Below, one piece after another: positions 1-7,038 of a stretch of DNA of 32,000 nucleotides. This DNA comes from Mycobacterium tuberculosis H37Rv (GTDB lineage Bacteria > Actinomycetota > Actinomycetes > Mycobacteriales > Mycobacteriaceae). A program made the position numbers and the translations under genes. The notes below the pieces were generated by a model, which was not told where the DNA came from, ran no database searches, and saw only the letters and a program-made list of their open reading frames with translations. The DNA is taken from contig NC_000962.3 of assembly GCF_000195955.2 (NCBI RefSeq), positions 3,960,001 to 3,992,000 on the forward strand, read 5' to 3'. Position 1 is the stretch's first letter; each line of letters opens with the position of its first letter.

Positions 1-713
1 CGGCACACATCGGTGCTATGGTTGCGGTCAAGGACCGGCTCAACGGCAGCCGCAACCCGTTGGCACATCTGCAGCAGCCCGACATCACCCTGGAGAAGGT
101 GATGGCATCTCAGATGCTCTGGGATCCAATACGTTTCGATGAGACGTGCCCGTCGTCAGACGGTGCGTGCGCGGTTGTCGTCGGCGACGAGGAGATCGCC
201 GACGCGCGACTGGCGCAAGGGCATCCGGTGGCCTGGATTCATGGCACCGCATTACGCACCGAGCCGCTGGCTTTCGCCGGGCGCGACCAGGTCAACCCGC
301 AGGCCGGCCGCGACGCGGCGGCGGCGCTGTGGAAGGCCGCGGGCATCACCAGCCCCATCGACGAAATCGACGCCGCCGAAATTTACGTCCCGTTCTCCTG
401 GTTCGAGCCGATGTGGTTGGAGAATCTGGGATTTGCCCGCGAGGGCGAGGGCTGGAAGCTCACCGAGGCCGGCGAGACTGCGATCGGCGGTCGACTACCG
501 GTGAACCCTTCCGGCGGCGTGCTGTCCGCCAATCCGATCGGCGCATCGGGCCTGATCCGCTTCGCCGAGGCCGCGATCCAAGTCATGGGCAAGGCGGAGG
601 CGCGTCAAGTTCCGGGTGCGCGAAAGGCCTTGGGGCACGCTTACGGTGGCGGCTCGCAGTACTTCTCTATGTGGGTGGTCGGCTGCGAGAAACCCAAACA
701 GGCAGCCGCATAA
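1..713 (+). CDS. ltp3: Thiolase-like lipid-transfer protein Ltp3 (Rv3523-like), 3' portion; 5' end cut by the window
   Basis: The frame of ORF 18..713 stays open to the window edge (codons from nt 3). The sequence is a C-terminal thiolase/SCP-x-like domain (NPSGGVLSANPIGASGL). It sits upstream of the NHL protein, as I recall for H37Rv. Confidence 0.85.
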   Translation, partial: AHIGAMVAVKDRLNGSRNPLAHLQQPDITLEKVMASQMLWDPIRFDETCPSSDGACAVVVGDEEIADARLAQGHPVAWIHGTALRTEPLAFAGRDQVNPQAGRDAAAALWKAAGITSPIDEIDAAEIYVPFSWFEPMWLENLGFAREGEGWKLTEAGETAIGGRLPVNPSGGVLSANPIGASGLIRFAEAAIQVMGKAEARQVPGARKALGHAYGGGSQYFSMWVVGCEKPKQAAA

Positions 714-754
714 TCGCCCGGCGCGATCCGGGCGACGCCGCAGACCATCCGAGC

Positions 755-1786
755 ATGGTGAAGTTCACACCCGATAGCCAGACGTCAGTTCTGCGCGCGG
801 GCAAGTGCTCAGGTACTCTTTCTCCGTCGCGGTCGCGATTGCAAAGGGGGAGCTGGCCGGTGGATTCCGAACGCCGACGCTACGGGTGGCCGCGGAATCG
901 ACGCACCTTAGCCATTACTGGAGCTGCAGTCGTTGTCGTGGTGACCCTCGCAGCCATTGGTTACCTGATCTTTGAGCCAAAAATTTCTGGGTCGTCCACG
1001 TCCAGGCAGGCCGCATCGCCAACCACTCCTTCCCCGCCCAGCCAGGTCGTGGTGCCGATCGACCTTTGGAATCCCGACGGGGTGACGGTGGACCTGGCGG
1101 ACGCCGTTTACGTGGCCGACTCCGGTCACAAGCGACTGCTGAAACTGCCGGCCGGCTCCAACACCCCGACCACGTTGCCATTCACCGACACCATCGGTCC
1201 AGGCGGCGTGGCGGTAAACAGCAACCGCGACGTCTATGTCATCGATGAAGACAGCCACCATGTGTTGAAACTCGCGGCCGGCATCGAACCCCCGGTCGAG
1301 CTCCCGTTCGGCAGCCTTGGCGATGCGCATGGTTTGGCAGTGGACCGCAGCGACAGCGTCTATGTCGTCGACTATGACAATGCCAAAGTGTTGAAACTGC
1401 CCCCAGGCGCAGATACCCCTACCGAACTGCCGTTCGTCGGGCTCGACCACCCCTATGATGTGGCGGTGGACGGTGCTGGCACCGTCTACGTGACCGACAG
1501 CGGCCACAATCGCGTGGTGGCGTTGACCGCGGGGTCGGCCACGCCGGTGCACCTCCCATTCGCCGATCTCAGCTTTCCCGCCGGTGTGACGGTGGACCGC
1601 GACGATAGCGTCTATGTGGCCGATCTGAACAACAATCGGGTGCTGAAGCTGGCGGCCGGCTCGAATGCGCAGTCGCAGCTGCCGTTCACCGGACTCTTCT
1701 CCCCAACTGATGTGGCGGTGGACAACGACGGCGCCGTCTACGTGATCGACTTTTACAACCGGATGTTAAAACTGCCGACGGCTTAA
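755..1786 (+). CDS. Single-pass membrane protein with a six-bladed NHL-repeat beta-propeller ectodomain (Rv3524-like, 343 aa)
   Basis: An in-frame ATG at 755 lies inside ORF 146..1786; the upstream part overlaps ltp3 in another frame. The TM segment is LAITGAAVVVVVTLAAIGYLIF (about nt 908-970). Six ~42-aa repeats of the type P.GVAVD....VYV.D..N.RVLKL.AGS span about nt 1061-1783. Confidence 0.9.
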   Translation: MVKFTPDSQTSVLRAGKCSGTLSPSRSRLQRGSWPVDSERRRYGWPRNRRTLAITGAAVVVVVTLAAIGYLIFEPKISGSSTSRQAASPTTPSPPSQVVVPIDLWNPDGVTVDLADAVYVADSGHKRLLKLPAGSNTPTTLPFTDTIGPGGVAVNSNRDVYVIDEDSHHVLKLAAGIEPPVELPFGSLGDAHGLAVDRSDSVYVVDYDNAKVLKLPPGADTPTELPFVGLDHPYDVAVDGAGTVYVTDSGHNRVVALTAGSATPVHLPFADLSFPAGVTVDRDDSVYVADLNNNRVLKLAAGSNAQSQLPFTGLFSPTDVAVDNDGAVYVIDFYNRMLKLPTA

Positions 1787-1799
1787 CCCGCAGCGACGC

Positions 1800-2324
1800 C
1801 TACATGGGTTCCAGTCCGGCCAGATGCCGTGCAGCCAGGTCACGATAGGCCTGCGGATTGACGTTAACCCACATTTCCGCGCCCGTTCCTTCAATCGGTC
1901 CCTTCACCTTGGCCGGCGCTCCCGTTACCAGCATTCCGGCCGGAATCTGAGTGCCGGCCACCACCAGCGCTCCCGCGGCGATCATGCAGCGCGCGCCGAT
2001 TACCGCTCCGTCGAGGACCGTCGCGTGGTTGGCGATCAGAGCCTCAGACCCGACGTGGACGCCGTGGATCACACACAGGTGCGCCACTGTCGCCCCCGGG
2101 CCGATGTCTACCGGGATGCCGGGCGGTGCGTGTAATACCGCCCCGTCCTGCACATTGGCCCCCTCGCGCACGACGACGGGCGCATAGTCGCCGCGCAGCA
2201 CGGCATTGAACCAGACCGACGCCCCAGCCTCGATGGTGACGTCGCCGATCAGGGTGGCTGTCGGGGCCACAAACGCGGTGGGATCGATCCGGGGCGATCG
2301 GCCCTCGAAAGAAAACAGCGGCAT
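1800..2324 (-). CDS. Gamma-carbonic-anhydrase-like / left-handed beta-helix (hexapeptide repeat) protein, YrdA/PaaY/CaiE family (Rv3525c-like, 174 aa)
   Basis: This is a full ORF of 174 aa. Hexapeptide-repeat periodicity is visible (IGDVTIEAGASVWFNAVLRGD...). A conserved His pattern (VLHAPPG and AHLCVIHG) is typical of gamma-CA-like metal sites. The gene is divergent from kshA and shares its operator. Confidence 0.9.
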   Translation of the reverse strand: MPLFSFEGRSPRIDPTAFVAPTATLIGDVTIEAGASVWFNAVLRGDYAPVVVREGANVQDGAVLHAPPGIPVDIGPGATVAHLCVIHGVHVGSEALIANHATVLDGAVIGARCMIAAGALVVAGTQIPAGMLVTGAPAKVKGPIEGTGAEMWVNVNPQAYRDLAARHLAGLEPM

Positions 2325-2396
2325 CGTTTAGATATACGCCCGTCGTACATATGCCGTGGCCAGACTCGCTGTCGTTGCGCTCACCGGAGAGAAAAC

Positions 2397-2410
2397 TGTA
2401 ACGTGTTCTA
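2397..2410. promoter_or_regulatory. KstR (TetR-family) operator, TGTAACGTGTTCTA, in the Rv3525c/kshA divergent region
   Basis: The site matches the published KstR motif TnnAACnnGTTnnA at all fixed positions. It lies 29 nt upstream of the kshA GTG start and 73 nt upstream of the Rv3525c start. Confidence 0.85.
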
Positions 2411-2438
2411 GTTAGCGATACCGATCGGGAGGTGACAG

Positions 2439-3599
2439 GTGAGTACCGACACGAGTGGGGTCGGTGTTCGGGAGATCGATGCCGGCGCCTTGCCGACCAG
2501 GTATGCGCGTGGCTGGCATTGCCTGGGCGTCGCGAAGGACTATTTGGAAGGGAAGCCACACGGGGTAGAGGCGTTCGGCACCAAGCTGGTTGTGTTCGCT
2601 GATTCCCACGGGGACCTGAAAGTCCTCGACGGCTACTGCCGGCACATGGGCGGCGACCTGTCCGAGGGCACCGTCAAAGGCGACGAGGTCGCTTGCCCGT
2701 TCCACGACTGGCGCTGGGGTGGCGACGGCCGCTGCAAATTGGTGCCGTATGCCAGGCGCACACCCAGAATGGCGCGCACTCGGTCGTGGACGACCGATGT
2801 GCGCAGCGGGCTGCTGTTTGTCTGGCACGACCATGAGGGCAATCCACCCGACCCCGCGGTCCGGATCCCCGAGATTCCCGAGGCGGCCAGCGACGAGTGG
2901 ACCGACTGGCGGTGGAACCGCATCCTCATCGAAGGGTCCAACTGCCGCGACATCATCGACAACGTCACCGATATGGCGCACTTCTTCTACATCCACTTCG
3001 GTTTGCCGACGTACTTCAAGAACGTCTTCGAGGGCCACATCGCCTCGCAGTATCTGCACAACGTGGGCCGGCCCGATGTCGACGATCTGGGGACGTCTTA
3101 CGGTGAGGCGCATCTGGATTCGGAGGCGTCTTACTTCGGGCCGTCGTTCATGATCAACTGGCTGCACAACCGCTACGGCAACTACAAGTCCGAGTCGATC
3201 CTGATCAACTGCCACTACCCGGTGACCCAGAACTCGTTCGTCCTGCAATGGGGCGTCATCGTCGAAAAGCCCAAGGGTATGAGCGAAGAGATGACCGACA
3301 AGTTGTCGCGGGTGTTCACCGAGGGCGTCAGCAAGGGCTTCTTGCAGGATGTCGAGATCTGGAAGCACAAGACCCGCATCGACAACCCGCTGCTGGTTGA
3401 AGAGGACGGCGCCGTGTATCAGCTGCGCCGCTGGTATGAACAGTTTTATGTCGACGTAGCCGACATAAAACCAGAGATGGTGGAGCGCTTCGAGATCGAG
3501 GTCGACACCAAGCGCGCCAACGAGTTCTGGAATGCCGAGGTAGAGAAGAACTTGAAATCGAGAGAAGTTTCCGACGACGTGCCCGCCGAGCAACACTGA
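2439..3599 (+). CDS. kshA: 3-ketosteroid 9-alpha-hydroxylase, Rieske oxygenase subunit KshA (386 aa)
   Basis: The GTG start is preceded by GGGAGG. The Rieske motif is CRHMGG...CPFHDW. The non-haem iron motif is DNVTDMAHFFYIH. Length and sequence match my memory of Rv3526. Confidence 0.95.
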   Translation: MSTDTSGVGVREIDAGALPTRYARGWHCLGVAKDYLEGKPHGVEAFGTKLVVFADSHGDLKVLDGYCRHMGGDLSEGTVKGDEVACPFHDWRWGGDGRCKLVPYARRTPRMARTRSWTTDVRSGLLFVWHDHEGNPPDPAVRIPEIPEAASDEWTDWRWNRILIEGSNCRDIIDNVTDMAHFFYIHFGLPTYFKNVFEGHIASQYLHNVGRPDVDDLGTSYGEAHLDSEASYFGPSFMINWLHNRYGNYKSESILINCHYPVTQNSFVLQWGVIVEKPKGMSEEMTDKLSRVFTEGVSKGFLQDVEIWKHKTRIDNPLLVEEDGAVYQLRRWYEQFYVDVADIKPEMVERFEIEVDTKRANEFWNAEVEKNLKSREVSDDVPAEQH

Positions 3600-3604
3600 C
3601 GGAC

Positions 3605-4054
3605 ATGCCTGACGATCAGCCGGCGGTTCCCGACGTCGATCGGCTGGCCCGGTCGATGCTACTGCTGCACGGTGATCATCACGATCACAACGATTCCCCC
3701 GAGCAACACCGCACATGTGGATCCTGGTCGAAGTCAAGGGATTTCGCTGACGACCCGCAGCGTGCTGCCGCGGTGCGCGAAGCCAGCCGCGCCGAGCGCG
3801 ACCGTTATCTGACCTCAGGCCTGCAACCGGTGGATTGCCGGTTCTGCCATGTCACGGTGACCGTAAAGAGGCTGGGGCCGGGTCATACCGCTGTGCAATG
3901 GAACACCGAGGCGTCGCGGCGCTGCGCGTACTTCACCGAGCTGCGGGCACGCGGCGGGGATTCCGCACGCACCAGGTCCTGTCCCCGGCTGACCGACAGC
4001 ATCGAACACGCAGTGGCCGAGGGCTACTTGGAGCACCACGACCCAAACCGATAA
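3605..4054 (+). CDS. Small conserved hypothetical protein (Rv3527-like, 149 aa) with a His-rich N-terminus and a CxxC...C...C pattern
   Basis: The ATG lies 5 nt after the kshA stop on the same strand. A His/Asp run, HGDHHDHND, is present. Cysteines occur at residues 78 and 81 (CRFC), 107 and 126. No family is recognised by eye. Confidence 0.8.
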   Translation: MPDDQPAVPDVDRLARSMLLLHGDHHDHNDSPEQHRTCGSWSKSRDFADDPQRAAAVREASRAERDRYLTSGLQPVDCRFCHVTVTVKRLGPGHTAVQWNTEASRRCAYFTELRARGGDSARTRSCPRLTDSIEHAVAEGYLEHHDPNR

Positions 4055-4395
4055 CGTCGCACACCCGCTTGCCGCGGGATACGGTGCCGCATCCGGCACG
4101 GTGCCACCGAGGCGTACGGTTTGTGACGGCGGTTCCGGGACTGAGCTTCCTATGAAGCCTCTCCGGTGTGCGCGAGTCGATCGAGGCGCACCAGAGCATC
4201 GTGTTCGCCGCCCTGGCGGTCAGAACTGGATTGAACACCAAACAGGTTGGAGCATCAAGAAATTCGTTCAAACACTACGTCGCTACCGCACCGTGACCCC
4301 GCGCCGGCAACCACACCCTCCGTGCGGGACCTTCAGGGTCCGATGCAAGAGCACCGGTCTGTTGGATGGGGATGCGACTCGTAGGCGATGCCCTG

Positions 4396-4425
4396 TCCAT
4401 TCACTCGAGATCCATTCACTCGAGG
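4396..4425. repeat. Perfect-adjacent tandem duplication of a 15-bp unit (TCCATTCACTCGAGA / TCCATTCACTCGAGG)
   Basis: Read directly from the sequence: 4396-4410 and 4411-4425 are identical at 14 of 15 positions. The duplication lies 54 nt downstream of the Rv3528c stop, where base composition shifts. Confidence 0.9.
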
Positions 4426-4478
4426 TCGACTTCGCCCGGCCCGCCCCGCATCTCACAAAACGAGGGTTTACTGTGACC

Positions 4479-5192
4479 TTATTGTCGCGCAAAAAGAAAG
4501 GCCCGATTCTGAATATTGGGCAGCCAGCCAAATCCGCGGCAATCCTCCTTGTAGAGCAGCTTGAAACCGAGTTCAGAAGCTTTTGATTCGAGATCAGCGT
4601 CGGTGATACCCCATTGCCAGATGTCTGGTATATCGCGCCACGGCTTGTCATGATCCGGGTGCTTTTTATCGAGTTTTTGAAAGAGATCTCTATAAGCCTT
4701 GTTAAGTTTGCTGTGCGGGACGTTACGAAAGTAGTGCTTTTCACCCAGATCCAACAATCTAACTGTGGTTGTTGAACCTATCCATTGTTGATTATAAATC
4801 AGCAAACAACGTACATTCTTTGCGTACATATCCAGGATAGTGTCCCAATCAGGCGACACTTGGTGCAGCAGCACATCGAATAGGAAGAGGGCGTCGACAT
4901 TACCGACTTTATCGGCAATCTCCTGGTCTCCGAAGTTCCCCTCAATAACGCGAAGTTGCGGATATGAATTTGCACGGGCCGCGACTGTTGGAGTTATGCG
5001 GCCATCGACCAATACTGCCTCTTTTACCGGGTACTTATCCAGGGCGCGAAATGTATAGGCGCCTTCCACTCCCCAAACGGCACCGAGATCCGCGAACGAC
5101 TCTATGCGACATGATGTGAAAGCCCGATCTATCAGGTTGATTTTGCCTCTAACGAGCCAATAGCCACCCTGTCGTAACCGATCCAACATCAT
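4479..5192 (-). CDS. Unknown protein (Rv3528c-like, 237 aa) in an AT-rich segment; class I SAM-methyltransferase-like motifs (weak, motif-level)
   Basis: This is a full ORF with a strong SD (GAGGTG) 5 nt upstream of the ATG. It contains a motif I-like ADLGAVWGVEG, an acidic beta-2 end VLVDG, and a motif II-like VDALFLFDVLLH. The DNA is visibly much more AT-rich than its flanks. Confidence 0.85.
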   Translation of the reverse strand: MMLDRLRQGGYWLVRGKINLIDRAFTSCRIESFADLGAVWGVEGAYTFRALDKYPVKEAVLVDGRITPTVAARANSYPQLRVIEGNFGDQEIADKVGNVDALFLFDVLLHQVSPDWDTILDMYAKNVRCLLIYNQQWIGSTTTVRLLDLGEKHYFRNVPHSKLNKAYRDLFQKLDKKHPDHDKPWRDIPDIWQWGITDADLESKASELGFKLLYKEDCRGFGWLPNIQNRAFLFARQ

Positions 5193-5300
5193 TTCACCTC
5201 AAATACGTGTGTTCAACTGGCGTCTCGCTGGATGGTAGATCACCGCTAGCTGGTCCAGTATGCCGCCTGCCATGAGCTTGGGACCAGTGTGATCTGCTTG

Positions 5301-5755
5301 TGCCAGGGGGAGGACGGGACCACCTTGATTGCCAGTCACGGGACCACGGCGCGCCGCGTCGGTGGTCTTTTCGCTTATTCGTGCGATCGTCGTGACAGCT
5401 CAAGTCACGGGAGGCGGCGGGCATGGCTTTTCGGGAGGTCAGTATGAACAAGATCAGGGAAGTGCTGCGGGTCTGGCTGGGGGTGGCCGGGTTGCCGGCC
5501 CCGGGGTGCCGCACGATCGCCGCGCATTGCGGTATGGACCGCAAGACGGTGCGGCGCTACGTGGAGGCCCGCGCAGGCACCCGGTCTGCCCCGCGACGAC
5601 GATGTCAGCGCTATCGATGACGGGTTGATCGGGGCGGTCGCCGACGCGGTGCGTCCGGCCCGGCCGGATGGTCATGGTGCGGCGTGGGAGCAACTGCTGG
5701 GGGTAGCGAACTGTTCACTACCCCCTGGCAATCAGGTGGTCCCGTCTCCCTGGCA
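5301..5755. mobile_element. Degenerate IS-like remnant bounded by imperfect inverted repeats with TG...CA termini
   Basis: The left IR is 5301-5335 (TGCCAGGGGGAGGACGGGACCACCTTGATTGCCAG). The right IR is 5725-5755 (CTGGCAATCAGGTGGTCCCGTCTCCCTGGCA). The reverse complement of the left IR aligns to the right IR at 31 positions with 4 gap positions. A transposase-type HTH fragment lies between them. No target-site duplication is seen. Confidence 0.5.
5444..5700 (+). pseudogene. Frameshifted N-terminal fragment of an IS transposase (HTH domain); family unresolved, IS21-IstA-like is my best guess
   Basis: The sequence MNKIREVLRVWLGVAGLPAPGCRTIAAHCGMDRKTVRRYVEA looks like a transposase HTH. After a frameshift near 5570 the next frame reads ...GLPRDDDVSAIDDGLIGAVADAVRPARPDGHGAAWEQLL. 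No catalytic domain follows. Confidence 0.4.
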
Positions 5756-5883
5756 AGCGACAGCTCGGGCAATCCACCTGGTAATCAAACAATTTCGGGC
5801 GGCTGGCGAGTTGTCGCGCTGAGGCGGGCAAATTGCGTATCTGCTCGACCAATGCGACGCGGCTGGCCAAACAGCACACCGAA

Positions 5884-7038
5884 TCACAGCCCGGCGAACC
5901 GCTCTTTGACCATTTCGACCGTGAGCCCGTAGTCAGCCAACGAATAGGAATGCTTTGGGGCCCGGGCACCGCTCTGGCTCTCGGCGTGGACGGTTGTCAT
6001 TGCCTGTCGAGCCTCGTCGGACAGCGTCAACCCGAAGTGCCGGTAGATATCTGCCACCGTACCCAGCGGATCGGCAATCAAGTCGTGGTAGTCCACGTCG
6101 TAGAACTGGGCCGAATCATATTTGGCCCGTGCGGCATTGAACCGCTCCAGCCCACGCGACCAGGTGTCCATCGCGTCCGCACCGATCTGGGCGCCCACAA
6201 ACTTCGTCGACCACCCTTCTGTGGTGTGCTGCGCCAGCGAGCACATCGACGCCATGATCGTCTCCACCGGCCGGTGAGTCTGCACCACCAGGGCATCGGG
6301 ATAGGTCGCCATCAGCGCATCCAGGGCAAATAGATGACTCGGATTCTTTAGTACCCACCGCTTTTCGGCATCGTTGAGCCCAATCAGCTGCAGGTTGCGG
6401 CGGTGCCGGCAATACGACGGCGTCCAGTCCTGGCGTGACAACCAGTCGGCATAGCTGGGTACATGCGCCAGCGCCTCGTACGACACCGAATGCAGCGACT
6501 GCCGCAACAGCTGCCAACACTCCTCCAACTCGTAGGCCGCCATGAAATGCAAGCCGGTGTATCCCGGATTCTCGGCATGATGCTGGGTGAACTGTGCATC
6601 GAGCTGGCGATACAACGGGTTTGACTCCCAGGTCTCGCGCGGGGGGCGCGGCTGCGGGTACTCGGCCAGCCACATGTGCAGGCCTTGGTGGGCCGGGTCG
6701 GCGCCCAGCAGCCGGTGCAGCGCAGTGGTTCCGGTGCGCACCAACCCGGTGACGAAGATAGGCCGTTTGATGGCAACGTCGACGTGCTCCGGATACTGCT
6801 TCCACGCGGACTGGGACAGTAGCCTGGCCACCAGCGCACCGCGCAGGAAGAACCGGTTCATCTTGCTGCCCAACACGGTGAGGCCGGCTTCGCCCTGGTA
6901 AGCGTCCAGCAACACACCCAGCGCCTCACGGTAGTTGTCGTCGTCGGTGCCAAAATCGTCGAGACCCACCAGTTTGGTAGCCGATGCGTGCAGTTCGTCG
7001 ACGGTGGCCACATCTTTCCGATCGGGACGCCGAGTCAT
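5884..7038 (-). CDS. stf1: PAPS-dependent sulfotransferase (Rv3529c-like, 384 aa)
   Basis: A 5'-phosphosulfate-binding loop, TGLVRTGTTALHRLL, and a downstream VVQTHRPVETIMAS region resemble sulfotransferase PAPS motifs. The ATG at 7038 overlaps the upstream gene's TAA by 1 nt (TAATG). The ORF-track start at 7059 is a less likely alternative. Confidence 0.88.
   Translation of the reverse strand: MTRRPDRKDVATVDELHASATKLVGLDDFGTDDDNYREALGVLLDAYQGEAGLTVLGSKMNRFFLRGALVARLLSQSAWKQYPEHVDVAIKRPIFVTGLVRTGTTALHRLLGADPAHQGLHMWLAEYPQPRPPRETWESNPLYRQLDAQFTQHHAENPGYTGLHFMAAYELEECWQLLRQSLHSVSYEALAHVPSYADWLSRQDWTPSYCRHRRNLQLIGLNDAEKRWVLKNPSHLFALDALMATYPDALVVQTHRPVETIMASMCSLAQHTTEGWSTKFVGAQIGADAMDTWSRGLERFNAARAKYDSAQFYDVDYHDLIADPLGTVADIYRHFGLTLSDEARQAMTTVHAESQSGARAPKHSYSLADYGLTVEMVKERFAGL

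Noticed and set aside
146-754. N-terminal extension of the NHL-protein ORF (546-aa version starting at 146)
   Set aside because: The extension overlaps the ltp3 coding region out of frame and translates to Arg/Gly-rich junk. The ATG at 755 gives a sensible cytoplasmic tail, TM segment and propeller.
2412-3737. 441-aa ORF antisense to kshA
   Set aside because: It is a high-GC antisense open frame with no recognisable domain. kshA on the + strand has unmistakable Rieske and Fe(II) motifs.
4081-4102. Hairpin ACGGTGCCG-CATC-CGGCACGGT after Rv3527 as a terminator
   Set aside because: It has only 8 of 9 paired positions and no U-tract, and similar GC-rich stems occur by chance at this GC content. 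It is too weak to list as a feature.
4238-4251. Near-match to the KstR motif (CCAAACAGGTTGGA) in the Rv3527/Rv3528c gap
   Set aside because: The first fixed position is C rather than T. The site lies between two convergent 3' ends with no promoter to control. It is probably a chance AACnnGTT occurrence.
3933-4586. ORFs 4101..4586 (+, 161 aa) and 3933..4271 (-, 112 aa) in the convergent intergenic gap
   Set aside because: Neither has an SD, a recognisable domain or coding-like composition, and both overlap the ends of real genes. They cannot be supported as genes from sequence alone.
5186-5203. Partial similarity between the 15-bp tandem unit (TCCATTCACTCGAGA) and the sequence at the Rv3528c start (TCATTTCACCTCAAA), as possible island-flanking direct repeats
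   Set aside because: Identity is only about 9 of 15 ungapped, and the second copy is inside the start/SD region of the gene. This is within chance expectation.
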